Below, in pieces: positions 39,701 to 52,627 of a stretch of 64,000 nucleotides of DNA. Both the position numbers and the translations under genes were made by a program. This stretch comes from Macrostomum hystrix (lineage: Eukaryota; Animalia; Platyhelminthes), in assembly GCA_950097015.1 (NCBI GenBank), contig CATNEN010000001.1, positions 10,540,001-10,604,000 of the forward strand. The letters are read 5' to 3'. How positions within the stretch are numbered: position 1 is the stretch's first letter; each line of letters starts with the position of its first letter. A model generated the notes under the pieces. The model had not been told where the DNA came from and did not search any database. It was given only the letters and a program-made list of their open reading frames with translations.

Positions 39701-42700
39701 TTCATTATTTAAGAAAGGACCATAGTCACATGCATATGAACATAGTCACAGAGCCTTTAGAACATATATTTCTAAATATATAGCTCTGTGCATGGATTAG
39801 CAGAGGGACTTCGAGAAACAGTATATGGACTTCTATATTCAGTATATGGACTTCTAGATTCAGTATATGGACTTCTAGATTCAGTATAGGGACTAATAGA
39901 TTCAGTATAGGGACTTATTTATTCAGTATATGGACTTCTAGATTCAGTATAGGGACTTCTAGATTCAGTATATGGACTTCTAGATTCAGTATATGGACTT
40001 CTAGATTCAGTATATGGACTTCTATATTCAGTATATGGACTTCTAGATTCAGTATATGGACTTCTATATTCAGTATATGGACTTCTAGATTCAGTATATG
40101 GACTTCTAGATTCAGTATAGGGACTTCTAGATTCAGTATAGGGACTTCTAGATTCAGTATATGGACTTCTAGATTCAGTATAGGGACTAATAGATTCAGT
40201 ATAGGGACTTCTTTATTCAGTATATGGACTTCTAGATTCAGTATAGGGACTTCTAGATTCAGTATAGGGACTAATAGATTCAGTATAGGGACTTCTTTAT
40301 TCAGTATATGGACTTCTAGATTCAGTATAGGGACTTCTAGATTCAGTATAGGGACTTCTAGATTCAGTATAGGGACTTCTAGATTCAGTATATGGACTTC
40401 TAGATTCAGTATATGGACTTCTAGATTCAGTATATGGACTTCTAGATTCAGTATAGGGACTTCTAGATTCAGTAAAGGGACTAATAGATTAGAGTATACA
40501 AAATTCTAGGATAACAGTACATTTAATTCTAGATAAAAGTACATTTAATTTTAGATAAAAGTACATTCAATTCTAGGTAAAAGTACATTTATTTCTAGAT
40601 AAAAGTACATTTATTTCTAGAAATAAGTACACTGATTTCTAAATAAAAATAGACAATGTTATAGATAAAAGTACATAGACTTTTAGATTCAGGTTTTAGT
40701 TGAACTATTTCTAGATATAGTACAACTACATGGAATTGTAGTTGAACTACAACTACATCAAATTTTGTTAAAATCGATTACTTGGTTTTCTATTTTATTT
40801 TTTACATATTCGTAAGAGTCACAGGTAAGTACCAACCTCATCGGCAAGCCAATCAGAGTACTCAGACTCGGTAGTCCTATCATCGCTAGAATCGTCTCCA
40901 GCCGCTTCCAATTGAGCATAGACTCGATCGACATCTTCACCGCTGCCGCAAGTTTCCACGTCCGTGTCGTACAGAGCTCTGGCAGTTAGACGATTGGTGG
41001 TGGCGGCAGATGCTACTGCCATGGTAGATTCTACTGGTAGAGCCTGGCTTAGCGCCGGATGCTGTAGAAATATTTGAAATAGTTATTTAACATTTTGAGA
41101 ACTTCATTGGATTTCCCGAGAAAATTTTTCTCGGGATTTAATCAAAACATGAATTGAGGTAAAACAGAACAGAAACAATCATTATTAATTCCCTAGCAAT
41201 GATTTATCACATTACAAACCTAACTTCCAGACCTTTTTGTAGAAATTTTAAAATGACACTAGACCCGCAGCCAGCGAGGAGGCAATTCTGCCCATTCCGC
41301 TGACTTCTAAGCACACGCTCACACAGGTGTGTACATCTGCCCTCATCGTCAGGCAGTGTACACTCTCACTGTGCCTTGAAGGGTTGGCCCTCAAAGGCGT
41401 CAATTGCACGACAAGCCCCCAAGCCTTCTACCCGCGGCTGCGCCCCAAATGAATGTGGCCTCGCCGCGGAGTCGAACTCAAAAGCGTTAACTCTCCCCAC
41501 ATATTTTTCTACATCAGCAATGAATTTACCTGCTGTTGTGAAATAGGTAGCTGAGGATCTCTCTGCAGCTGCTGATCGGCTGACTGACCGCCGCCAGATC
41601 CGCCTACAGCAGCGGAAGACAATGATTGCTGACCAGACGACACACCGCCTACCGACTGCATCAGTGCCTGCTGCTGATGCAACAGAGGATTATGGGCCTG
41701 CTGCTGCTGCTGCTGCTGCCTGGAAGATCTAGCCAGATTCGGAGCCTGCTGATCCGGGGGCCTCAGTCGGCATTCGATGCAGAACTGGCGAACCTCTCGA
41801 TCGCCGGCCGCTTGTCGCCTAGCAACGGACTGGGCTAGTTGAGCGCCAGAGAGCGGCGGCACCAGCTGGCGGCTCAGCCAGACGGATCGCTGCAGATAGG
41901 ACCGCGGCGGACCGAACACGCGGTCTCTGGCAGCCACGGACTCGGCGATGGAGTCGTCAACTACACGCATATCGCCTGCGTCGTCGGTACGACAGTAGGG
42001 TATCAACTCCGCTATGGGAAGCGACTCGCGGCCTGGCACCTGGGAGCGAATGGTGGGGGGATAATTCTAGGGAATTTTCTGTCATTTTTCAGAATATCAA
42101 TTACAGAGGTTGTTAAAAATTATTCAATGACAAGCATTAAAATTCTTAACCTGCATCAAATAGAGCATAAAATATCTCACAAAATCTCTTCCAAATCAAA
42201 AGGAGCAAGGAAATCTAACCCCTATCACACCACATTCAAAGGTAAATGGCGAAAAATCTCACCCAAATTATAGAAAGTAGCTAAAATCTCACTGAATCAA
42301 AGGTAAGTAGTCAAAATCTCACTCTACTCAAAGGTAAGTAGCCAAAATCTCATCCTAGTCGAAGGTAAGTAGTCAAAATCACACCCTACTCAAAGGTAAG
42401 TAGCCAAAATCTCACCCTACTCAAAGGTAAGTAGCCTAAATCTCACCCTACTCAAAGGTAAGTAGCCAAAATCTCACCCTACTCAAAGGTAAGTAGCCAA
42501 AATCTCACCCTACTTAAAGGTAAGTAGCCTAAATCTCACCCTACTCAAAGGTAAGTAGCCTAAATCTCACCCTACTCAAAGGTAAGCAGTCAAAATCTCA
42601 CTCTAATCGAAGGTAAGCAGTCAAAATCTCACCCTAATCGAAGGTAAGCAGTCAAAATCTCACCCTAATCAAAGGTAAGCAGTCAAAATCTCACCCTAAT

Positions 42701-45700
42701 CGAAGGTAAGCAGTCAAAATCTCACCCTAATCAAAGGTAAGTAGCCAAAATCTCACCCTACTCAAAGGTAAGTAGCCAAAATCTCGACCCTACTCAAAGG
42801 TAAGCAGTCAAAATCTCACCCTAATCGAAGGTAAGCAGTCAAAATCTCACCCTACTCAAAGGTAAGTAGCCAAAATCTCACCCTAGTCAAAGGTAAGCAG
42901 TCAAAATCTCACCCTAATCGAAGGTAAGCAGTCAAAATCTCACCCTACTCAAAGGTAAGCAGTCAAAATCTCACTCTAATCAAAGGTAAGCAGTCAAAAT
43001 CTCACCCTAATCAAAGGTAAGTAGCCAAAATCTCACCCTACTCAAAGGTAAGTAGCCAAAATCTCGACCCTACTCAAAGGTAAGCAGTCAAAATCTCACC
43101 CTAATCGAAGGTAAGCAGTCAAAATCTCACCCTACTCAAAGGTAAGTAGCCAAAATCTCACCCTAGTCAAAGGTAAGCAGTCAAAATCTCACCCTAATCG
43201 AAGGTAAGCAGTCAAAATCTCACCCTACTCAAAGGTAAGCAGTCAAAATCTCACCCTACTCAAAGGTAAGCAGTCAAAATCTCACCCTAATCGAAGGTAA
43301 GCAGTCAAAATCTCACCCTACTCAAAGGTAAGCAGTCAAAATCTCACTCTAATCAAAGGTAAGCAGTCAAAATCTCACCCTAATCGAAGGTAAGCAGTCA
43401 AAATCTCACCCTAATCAAAGGTAAGCAGTCAAAATCTCACTAAAACAAAGGTAAGATGTCTAATTCTCCCTGAATAAAAAAGAATTTTATTTTATCTATT
43501 TTATCTATAGATAAAAATCTATTTTATATGAATAAAATAGGCACAAACCCGTCGTTGAATCTCAGCCTGGTATGGCTGCATGAGAGCGTCAACCAGATAC
43601 GGCGGCGGCATGAGATGCGGCGGCCTCTGTGTGGCCTCGTCCAACGGCCAACCGTTAGAGTCCAAAACTGGAGGCGGAGAAAAATCCGTATGAAAGAACT
43701 GTTCATCCAGAGCCTGGGCATCGGTGGAATCGTCCGAGGCCAGGCTAAACACTAACAGGTGGCCGACGGCATCGACTACGGCAAGGGTGTCTCCGTCAGG
43801 ACTGAATTTCGCTTCGAACAGACTCACTGGCTGGCGAGTGTTGTTGGCCTGAAGTACGTTGGGTTTGGTCTAGTTGCTATGGAGACAGGGAGTTATTTCG
43901 ATCAGACTTGTCGATTTTAGCACAATGATACGCTTCTAGGAAAGAAGGTAGGTAGGTAGGTTGGTAGGTCAATAGGTAGCTAGGTAGGTAGTAGATAGGT
44001 TAGTAGATAGGTAGGTTAGTGCGTCCGTCATGGAGGCTCCCTGCCGCTAAGTCAAGAAAAAAAGGTAGGTTAGTAGATAGATAGGTTAGTACATAGGTAG
44101 GTTAGTAGATAGGTAGGTTAGTAGGTAGGTAGATTTGGTAGATAGGTAGGTTAGTACATAGGTAGGTTAGTACATAGGTAGGTTAGTACATAGGTAGGTT
44201 AGTACATAGGTAGGTTAGTACATAGGTAGGTTAGTACATAGGTAGGTTAGTACATAGGTAGGTTAGTACATAGGTAGGTTAGTAGATAGGTAGGTTAGAA
44301 GATGGTAGGTTAGAAGATGGTAGGTTAGTAGACAGGTAGGTTGGTAGACAGGTAGGTTAGTAGATAGGTAGGTTAGTAGGTAGGTAGATTTGGTAGATAG
44401 GTAGGTTAGTACATAGGTAGGTTAGTAGATAGGTAGGTTAGTAGGTAGGTAGATTTGGTAGATAGGTAGGTTAGTACATAGGTAGGTTAGTAGATAGGTA
44501 GGTTAGAAGATAGGTAGGTTAGTAGACAGGTAGGTTGGTAGACAGGTAGGTTGGTAGACAGGTAGGTTAGTAGATAGGTAGGTTAGTAGGTAGGTAGATT
44601 TGGTAGATAGGTAGGTTAGTACATAGGTAGGTTAGTAGATAGGTAGGTTAGTACATAGGTAGGTTAGTAGATAGGTAGGTTAGAAGATAGGTAGGTTAGT
44701 AGACAGGTAGGTTGGTAGACAGGTAGGTTGGTAGACAGGTAGGTTAGTAGATAGGTAGGTTAGTAGGTAGGTAGATTTGGTAGATAGGTAGGTTAGTACA
44801 TAGGTAGGTTAGTAGATAGGTAGGTTAGTACATAGGTAGGTTAGTAGATAGGTAGGTTAGAAGATAGGTAGGTTAGTAGACAGGTAGGTTGGTAGACAGG
44901 TAGGTTGGTAGACAGGTAGGTTAGTAGATAGGTAGGTTAGTAGGTAGGTAGATTTGGTAGATAGGTAGGTTAGTACATAGGTAGGTTAGTAGATAGGTAG
45001 GTTAGAAGATAGGTAGGTTAGTAGACAGGTAGGTTGGTAGACAGGTAGGTTGGTAGACAGGTAGGTTAGTAGATAGGTAGATTTGGTAGATAGGTAGGTT
45101 AGTACATAGGTAGGTTAGTAGATAGGTAGGTTAGAAGATAGGTAGGTTAGTAGACAGGTAGGTTGGTAGACAGGTAGGTTGGTAGACAGGTAGGTTGGTA
45201 GACAGGTAGGTTGGAGGACAGGTAGGTTGGTAAATAGAGGACAGATTAGAAGAGTTCAGACCAATTGAAATAAAAATTGCTATTTTTAATCTAGCATTAA
45301 GTTTCTTAAGGATTCATTTCCAGATATGAGATCGAATTGACATATCACCTGATTAACGTGTCGATAAGCCGAATTGGTGGATTCCAAATCGCGCACAGCA
45401 ATTTTGCCATCGTAGCCGGCAGTCAGGAACAGGCGCGGATTGCACGGATGGCAGTCAACAACGAAAACGTCGTCGCGATGATCGCGAAACACGGCCAATA
45501 GGTGGCCGCGGCGGCTGTCCCAGCAGTGGACCAGGTGGTTGGAATGAGTGGTCACTATGCACCTGGTAAATATTAATAGATAGTTGCTATGCAATTGCGG
45601 TGGCATGTTGCGAAACAAGAAGGGTTAGATTGGAAAAGTTGCTGGGAAAAAATTGGGGATGAACAGGGAAAGAACGGTGGGAGAAATTGGGGATAGAACA

Positions 45701-48700
45701 GCGGAGAAATGGGGGATAGAACAGCGGGAGAAATGGGGGATAGAACAGCGAGAGAAATGGGGGATAGAACAGTGGGAGAAAGAGAAAAGAACTGTGGGAG
45801 AAATGGAGGATAGAACAGTGGGAGAAATGGGGGATAGAACAGCGAGAGAAATGGGGGATAGAACAGTGGGAGAAAGAGAAAAGAACTGTGGGAGAAATGG
45901 AGGATAGAACAGTGGGAGAAATGGGGGATAGAGCAGTGGGAGAAATGGGGGATAGAACTGTGGGAGAAATAGGGGATAGAGCAGTGGGAGAAAAAGGGAA
46001 GAATAGTGGAAGAAATGTGGAAGAATAGTGGGAGAAAAGGGGAAGAACAGTTCGAGAAAATGGGGATAGAACAGAGGGAGAACGAGGAACAATGGAGAGA
46101 AGAACATAGGGCAGAGGGCAGAGGACGGAAACAACAGTTGTAAGATGGGGAAGTGAGAAAGAAGGCTGGGAAGGTAAGCTAGGAAACAGAGGCCGCAACG
46201 CACCTATCGTCTGCAGTCCAGCTGACGCCTCTAGCCTGCTGTGGTTGGCCAGGCGGGCACAGCACCAATGAGCGCCAGAGCTGCCTAGAATAGCTCCAGA
46301 CTCGGCAGGAGCCGTCGGTGCTGCAGCTGGCGAATCGGTCGTCCAAGTGACTGTATGCCACACTGTCCACGCTGCCCCGGTGGCCCTCCAATTCGCCAAT
46401 CTTCTCGGGCAGGCCGGGCTGAAAGCTATAGACTCGAATAGCGTGATCTGAGCAGCCGCCAACAAAGAATCCGCCGCCGGCGCTGAAGCAGGAGCACATC
46501 ATGCAGCAGCCGGGCCTGGAGCGTTCAATAAATTTCATTGGCCGATCTTCGAATGCCAGACTAACCGGATCGTAGGCCCAGAAACAGACGCAGCCGTCCT
46601 TGGCGGTAGATGCTAGCCAGCGTTTGGCGCCGCGAACACTAGGCGAGAATGCGACAGAAATGATAGCGGAGGTGTGCAAACTCAGTACGGCCACAGGCGC
46701 GCAGCTGTCAAGTCGCCAGACCATGACGCGTTTGTCGCATGCGCCGGAGGCCAATAGGCGATTGTCGTGCGACACGGCCAAATCACAGATCTCATTGCGA
46801 TGACCGCGCAGTGTAGCCAGTAGGCGCAGAGTTCGACAGCACCAAACCTTGATTAGAGAGTCGTCGGCGCCCTGTTTTGGAAAATAATTAATTCATTAAG
46901 TTAGCAGATTCGATACTCACTACTCATAGTAGATTAATAGTAGAAATACCTACATTTTTTATTTTTCCTAGTCTTTCTACTGTTAATAGTAGGAACAGAA
47001 GAATAGATTGTAGTCTAGACTTGAAGGTCAGTGGTTCGATTCCTATTTAACAAGACACTTTAAATGGGTTCCAGCATCAGCCTTGCTTTTTTCTCGTCTT
47101 TCCTACCCATCTACAGACAATTAGTCAACTCACTGTAATAACAAAACGCGAAGTCCGATCGAAAACAACGCAATAGACGGAATTTCCGTGGCCAACAATG
47201 CGTTTGCGCAATTTTAGGCGCTTAAAAATTGCACACTCCAACTGCAGTCGATGGCGTTGGTCGTAGGCGCTTTGTAGAATGCAGTTTGCTGTTGAAATGT
47301 TTTTTAGGTTATTATATACTAGACAGATAGGAATAACATCTAACCATTTTTTATTTAAACAACACACTACTGCCTATTAAATACTGAAATAAGTAGTTCG
47401 TCAATAATAGTAGTAATCATTGCGGGAGGGCTGCGGGAAATGGCACACCATTTGGTGACACTAGACCTGCAGCAAGCGGAGCAGACGATTCTCGTGTGTT
47501 ACACAGGTGTGCACATCTACATCTTCGGGCAGTGTACACTCTCACTGTGCCTTGGAGGTTGGCCCTAAAGGGTGTAAATTGCACGACAAGCCTCTAAAAC
47601 AGAGTTCTCTCCGTGGCTGCGCCCCGGAATCGAGCTCAGGGACCTTGGTGCGAGAGGCAAACTTGTTAGACCAAGTAGTCTAGTGTGTTGCATTTAAACT
47701 CGTCATGGCTACTGACTTCTTAAATAAGTAGTATATTTTTATTTTACTACAAAAACTCGCTACAGCCTACTGTCTGTACAACGAGTAGTAATAATAAAAT
47801 GGCCGCGACACTCACGAACATTCCGTTTAGATTTAACGCAATTAATTGGCATTCGAAAGCCTTGCCGATGAGTTGGAAAGCTTTGACTCAAAGTTAAATG
47901 AATGCTTCCGTGATCTGAAAATGTTTACGTTTTTTTAGATAATAGTTTTACGAATCATTTTTTCAATAAAAAAATAAAAATAAAAAAATTTTTACGAAAA
48001 CTAATGTGACAACTAAGCTATTGCATAGGAACACGTGAAGTATTTACAAGACATGATGAGACATTTAATAAGCAGAAAGATAGATTTGCATTTGGACTGA
48101 GTAAACATATAAGCAGACTTAACAAAAAACTAGACGAAAAGTATAATATGTAGCACTGGAATAAAGAAAATGTTTCACTCGCCTATGGATGCGTAGCCAA
48201 TCTGACCTGCAATTTTTTAGTCCATGAATTGATGGGACTTCAGCATACCTGGTTTACAGTCTATCCGTTAATCCCTTTGAGATAAGAAAAACTAATGCGC
48301 ACAAATAGAGGTAATGGGATAATGGGTAAGAAAGGAATAGGAAACGGAAGGGGTGGGAAAGAACTGAGAAATAAAGAAGAAATAGTATGGAGAAGATGGG
48401 GATGATAAGGGAAAATGTAGACGAAAGGGAATAGAGAATCAAGAACAATGTGGAAGAAAAGGGAATGGGGAGATAAGGGAATATAGGAGATAATAGAATG
48501 GGGAAGATAAATGAGTGGAGAAGATAAAGGAATGGGGAAGATAAGGGAATGTTGAAGATCAGGGAGTGGGAAAGATCAGGGAGTGGGGGAAGATCAGGAA
48601 GTGGGAAAGATCAGGGAGTGGGGAAGATCAGGAAGTGGGAAAGATCAGGGAGTGGGGTAAGATCAGGAAGTGGGAAAGATCAGGGAGTGGGGTAAGATCA

Positions 48701-51700
48701 GGAAGTGGGAAAGATCAGGGAGTGGGGTAAGATCAGGGAGTGGGGGAAGATTAGGGAGTGGGGAAGATAAGGGAGTGGGGAAGATAAGGGAGTGGGGAAG
48801 ATAAGGGAGTGGGGAAGATAAGGGAGTGGGGAAGATAAGGGAGTGGGGAAGATCAGGGAGTGGGGAAGAAAAGGGAGTGGGGAAGATAAGGGAGTGGGGA
48901 AGATAAGGGAGTGGGGAAGATAAGGGAGTGGGGAAGATAAGGGAGTGGGGAAGATAAGGGAGTGGGGAAGATAAGGGAGTGGGGAAGATAAGGGAGTGGG
49001 GAAGATAAGGGAATGTTGAAGATCAGGGAGTGGGGAAGATAAGGGAGTGGGGAAGATAAGGGAGTGGGGAAGATAAGGGAGTGGGGAAGATAAGGGAGTG
49101 GGGAAGATAAGGGAATGTTGAAGATCAGGGAGTGGGGGAAGATCAGGGAGTGGGGGAAGATCAGGGAGTGAGGGAAGATCAGGGAGTGGGGAAGATCAGG
49201 GAGTGGGGAAGATCAGGGAGTGGGGGAAGATCAGGGAGTGGGAAAGATCAGGGAGTGGTGGAAGATTAGGGAGTGGGGAAGATAAGAGATAAATGAATGA
49301 AAATGAAGGTGTAATTTGAACTGTGGCCTACATTTATTCTACAAAAGATTCCATGAATAAAAACAAACTTATCTCTAAACCTACCTGCGGGAGATCGCAG
49401 GAGCGATCGCACAACGCCGCCCAGCAGGCTGGCGGTGGCCGCAGTGAGCTGGGCTGACGCGCCAGGCGCCGGGGTGGCGCCGGGGAAGGCGCGCTCAAGA
49501 AGCGGGCAGATGGCAGAGCAGACATCGACCAGGTGGCTGCCAGTCACGTGCGGATGAAAGCGGTCCTGAAGTTGTTCAAAATTTGGTTGCCTTATTAAGG
49601 GCACTAAGATAAACAGAAACGTATCTAGATAAATAAGAAATTAGACTAGAACGCTATGTACAGCTGTTCAGTCCATGGACAGTAGAAACTCTTATACAGG
49701 CAACTTACAAATTCATCAAAGCTTCGCACATGACTTTGGCCAGTCCAATCTTTACGTGGTGGAAGCAACTGGAATACATTGAAAATGTGCAATATGAATT
49801 CATTGTTTAACAAATTCATAAAAAAAATTAGAATGTAATTTTTTAATACTTACCTGATTAGTTTCACATAGTGCTTTCAGTCTCTGCAATAGGAAAGTGC
49901 AATCAGATATTAAAAAGAATGGTTACATTTTGACAAAAAACATTAAAACATTAAATTTTCACGCTTACAGTAGCAACCTCAGCACATGGACCAGTCTCAA
50001 GGAACTTAATGATCAAATAGTAGAGCTCTAAAATGAATTAATAAAATGAATTATCTACTCAAATCATGCAAAAATACATCAATCAATAAATAATAAAATA
50101 AGGAGGCTTGAGAAAAGTTTTTAAATTAATTCAAGGTTTTCCTATGGCCTCCAAACATTAAACTGACTTTGAAGGGCCCAGAGCTAAAAAATAAGTAAAA
50201 ATTAACACTTGTTTGTGCTATCGGTCAATATTTTCAATTAACTTATAGACAGATAAAATACTGTTTTAAAAAGCTGTGCCAACAAGTTTACTTTGAATTA
50301 TGCCTGAGGTTCTAACAAAAATGTATTAATTATAGAATGTTGTAATATATATTTAAAATGCATAAATTTGAATGTTGCCACTTCATGATATTTACTACAA
50401 TGCTAACTGTACTAGCAATTTAACACCATTGCATTACTAATATTCTACAAAATCTAAGGGTCTAATAGAATGAAATGCAATTTTTCCCACATTACTGTCA
50501 TAACCCATAGGCCTAGGCCCTAGATTTCTATCAGCACTACCAAAGACAATTATCTAAATAGATTGAGCCAAATCTTATAGAACATTTTTCTGAAGCTACT
50601 TGGTGATTCAGGGCATGTTAGGATGGTTAAGCTAAAGACACAAATTTTCCAAACTGTCCAAAGTTTATAAGGGATAGGTAGAAAAGCTGCTCATTATTCA
50701 CTTATTTGACCTATTTAGATCAAAGAAACTTATAAGTTTAAACTTTTAAAAAGTACATGGCAACATATTTAGACTTTTAAGTTATCTTTAACACAACTTA
50801 TAACTGGATTGGCGGCAATGTTCTACTTCCGTTCGTTATATTATTTTTTTGTTTGCAAACAACAAATAACGACAAAAAACAAGTTTAATGGTAACAAAAA
50901 GTCAGTACTTTGGTCAAACAGTTCTGAAATGTCTTGGTCAGTCTTTCTTATTTCAAACCGGGTAAGTGCCTAATCCGGTAGAGGAGGGCACCGAAGCTAT
51001 TCTTGGGGTATAGACAGCGCCATAAGAATTCTTCGAGGTGGCTTTTGAATAGAGCAGCACTCGTGCCATGCATTTGACATAGCTTGGCCTTTGCAAAATC
51101 TTCAGCTCTACAGAATTTCTGTGCCTTAGCTTCCTGTTCCCCCATATTTGGCAGATTTTGCCATAGACATAGATCCAAGTGTCAAGTCACGGCAAAGCTA
51201 TGTCAGCACAACTTTTCAAACTCAGAATGCACGTGTGGCACAAATTCAAATGAAAAAATAATATAACGAATAGAAGTAGAATATTGCCGGATTGGCTATT
51301 AGTAAATTCAATTCAAATTAAGTGAATATTTTCTGAGACCAGTTTGACCATAAACCCTCCTAAACTTATGGTATGAATGAGCAAGTGATTATAAATGAGG
51401 ATCAGCAAATAAAAAATATTTGACAAAGTTAACTTAATATATCCATTATTGAATATCCCCACATTCCTACTAATTTTTCTCTTCATAATGCCAATGACAA
51501 CAGTCACTTTGATAAAAGCCACTTGGGTGACAAGCAACCACAAATCTAATGGGTCTTTAATGTCAAAAAGCTATATGTTGCAGTCTTTTGATGCTAGGCC
51601 TATTCTTTTGAAATCATGCTGTTAACATATTTTAGTGTAAGTATTTATTTTGGAATTGAAAGAAAGTAATAAGAAAGCACAAATATGTAACAAGTAACTC

Positions 51701-52013
51701 TGAAATCATAATTTTATTACTAACAATAATGAAGATAATAGACTACTAAAAAGCTGAATTATGTGGCTCTATAAAAGATCATATATTATATCAGTATCAA
51801 AAATTGACAAAGTCTAAACCCACCTTGCTTTAAGGGCTCATTGACATCTTTGACTTCAGTATTTGACTTGTCCTTTGATTCAAAAACATCTTTGTTGTCT
51901 CTGTTTTCTTCCTTCTTTGTTGCAGCAGATTTATTTTGCTTTGTACTACTTCTTGTAACTTTTGATTGTGTTGTGTTTGAAGAAGCATTAGATCCAGACG
52001 GACCAGCATCCAT
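33718..52013 (-). CDS. PHIP: Bromodomain and WD repeat-containing protein (PHIP/BRWD1/BRWD3 family); about 18 exons incl. approx 52013-51824, 50027-49969, 49883-49855, 49769-49709, 49566-49385, 47913-47816, 47288-47134, 46871-46209, 45562-45349, 43848-43550, 42038-41530, 41061-40833, 39663-39379, 38724-38395, 37682-37255, 36600-35929, 35485-34751, 34347-33718
   Basis: N-terminal ELYYLIIKFLETGPC; WD40 repeats (GHGNSVYCVVFDRT, GHRNEICDLAVSHDNRLLASGACDK, GHRGSVDSVAYSHLDDRFASCSTDGSCRVW); EQFFHTDF..LDEATQRPPHLMPPPYLVD; ancillary/cryptic Tudor domain (PYVPQIGDEIVYFRQGHQLY...DFMVLRQTYD..RNWKVGDRFRAIIDDYWW); BD1 (PVDLDLYPSY..YPIDLSTIRSRL..NAEYFN) and BD2 (PFQHPVDLEAYPDY..PIDLST..NSRAYN). Some exon boundaries are approximate. 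Confidence 0.95.
34575..34741. repeat. 20-bp satellite GGGATCTAAGGTTCTAAAAT
   Basis: Tandem copies in the last PHIP intron. Confidence 0.85.
35593..35913 (+). mobile_element. SINE family A copy with TSD, in a PHIP intron
   Basis: tRNA head, same body, (ATT)n-like tail, 10-bp direct repeat ATTTAAAATA at 35583-35592 and 35914-35923. Confidence 0.88.
36800..37170. repeat. GA-rich low-complexity tract
   Basis: GAGAT/GAGAAG repeats. Confidence 0.85.
37840..38300. repeat. 22-bp satellite TACCCTACCTTATCTGCTTCTG
   Basis: Tandem copies in a PHIP intron. Confidence 0.9.
38790..39347. repeat. 35-bp satellite GGGATCGCTGAATGGGAAGCTTCAGTTAGGGATTT
   Basis: Tandem copies. Confidence 0.93.
39819..40690. 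repeat. 21-bp satellite GGACTTCTAGATTCAGTATAT followed by 22-bp TAGATAAAAGTACATTTATTTC
   Basis: Tandem copies. Confidence 0.93.
41253..41500 (-). mobile_element. SINE family A copy
   Basis: Reverse complement of the family A body (TGACACTAGACCCGCAGCCAGCGAGGAGGCAATTCTGCCC...). Confidence 0.85.
42270..43455. repeat. 31-bp satellite CAAAGGTAAG(T/C)AG(C/T)CAAAATCTCACCCTA(C/A)T
   Basis: About 38 copies, with a 280-bp higher-order duplication. Confidence 0.95.
43946..45232. repeat. 16-bp satellite TAGGTAGGTTAGTA(G/C)A
   Basis: Tandem copies. Confidence 0.95.
45660..46110. repeat. 24-bp purine-rich satellite GGGAGAAATGGGGGATAGAACAGT
   Basis: Tandem copies. Confidence 0.9.
47415..47673 (-). mobile_element. 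SINE family A copy (diverged, internal deletions)
   Basis: GGAGGGCTGCGGG...GTGTACACTCTCACTGTGCC...GAATCGAGCTCAGGGACCTTGGTGCGAGAGGCAAAC. Confidence 0.8.
48460..49287. repeat. 17-bp G-rich satellite GGGAGTGGGGAAGATAA
   Basis: Tandem copies. Confidence 0.95.
50814..51288 (-). mobile_element. Non-autonomous Merlin (IS1595/ISXO2-like) DNA transposon in PHIP intron 1
   Basis: About 35-bp TIRs GGCAAT(G/A)TTCTACTTC..TTCGTTATATTATTTTT; exact 8-bp TSD GGATTGGC (50806-50813 and 51289-51296); residual C-terminal transposase motif HGTS..FKSHLEEFLWR..F..LL..I. Confidence 0.88.
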
Positions 52014-52627
52014 GAGGATCAGGTGACGGTCATAGAATATTATAAATATTACAATAGTATCGTATAGTGGCGATTAAGGTCCTTGTCCTGTCGATTTGTC
52101 CAAAAAAGTGTTTGCGGTAACAAAAAAACCAATGTAAAATTTTTATTTTAAGTACTGCTCTACAGTTGTAAGCAGAAGGTGCTGTTACCAGGTATCTCAA
52201 TTCAACAATGTTCGTTTTAGTAACAAGTTTTTATAGGAAACTAAACTCGTCGTTGATGTTAAATTTGTGCCTTTTAACATGAAAAGGTCTAAGTAGTATA
52301 ATAAAAAGGACAAAAATTTCCCATCGCTACAGATTATGTATATTTTTCGTAAGCATTGTTAGTAATTTATAAAGCAGTTACAATTTTTTTTAGTTTAAAT
52401 TGCTTGAAGAGAGGGTTTGTGTTTTCTTGCATTTTGTCCTATCATGCTATATCGACATATCGTCGAATATATAAAAAAACATTATATTTACATTACATTA
52501 TATGCCAAATTCAAAATTTTTTAAGTATATAAAAATAGAAATTTAAGTATATAATTAAAAATTAGTAAATTCAAATGCATAAAATTAGTTTCAAGTAAAG
52601 AAGAAGAAAGGGAAAAAAACATATGTA

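Noticed and set aside
43946-45232. Interstitial telomere
   Set aside because: Unit is a 16-bp TAGG-based repeat, not a clean TTAGGG or TTAGG array.
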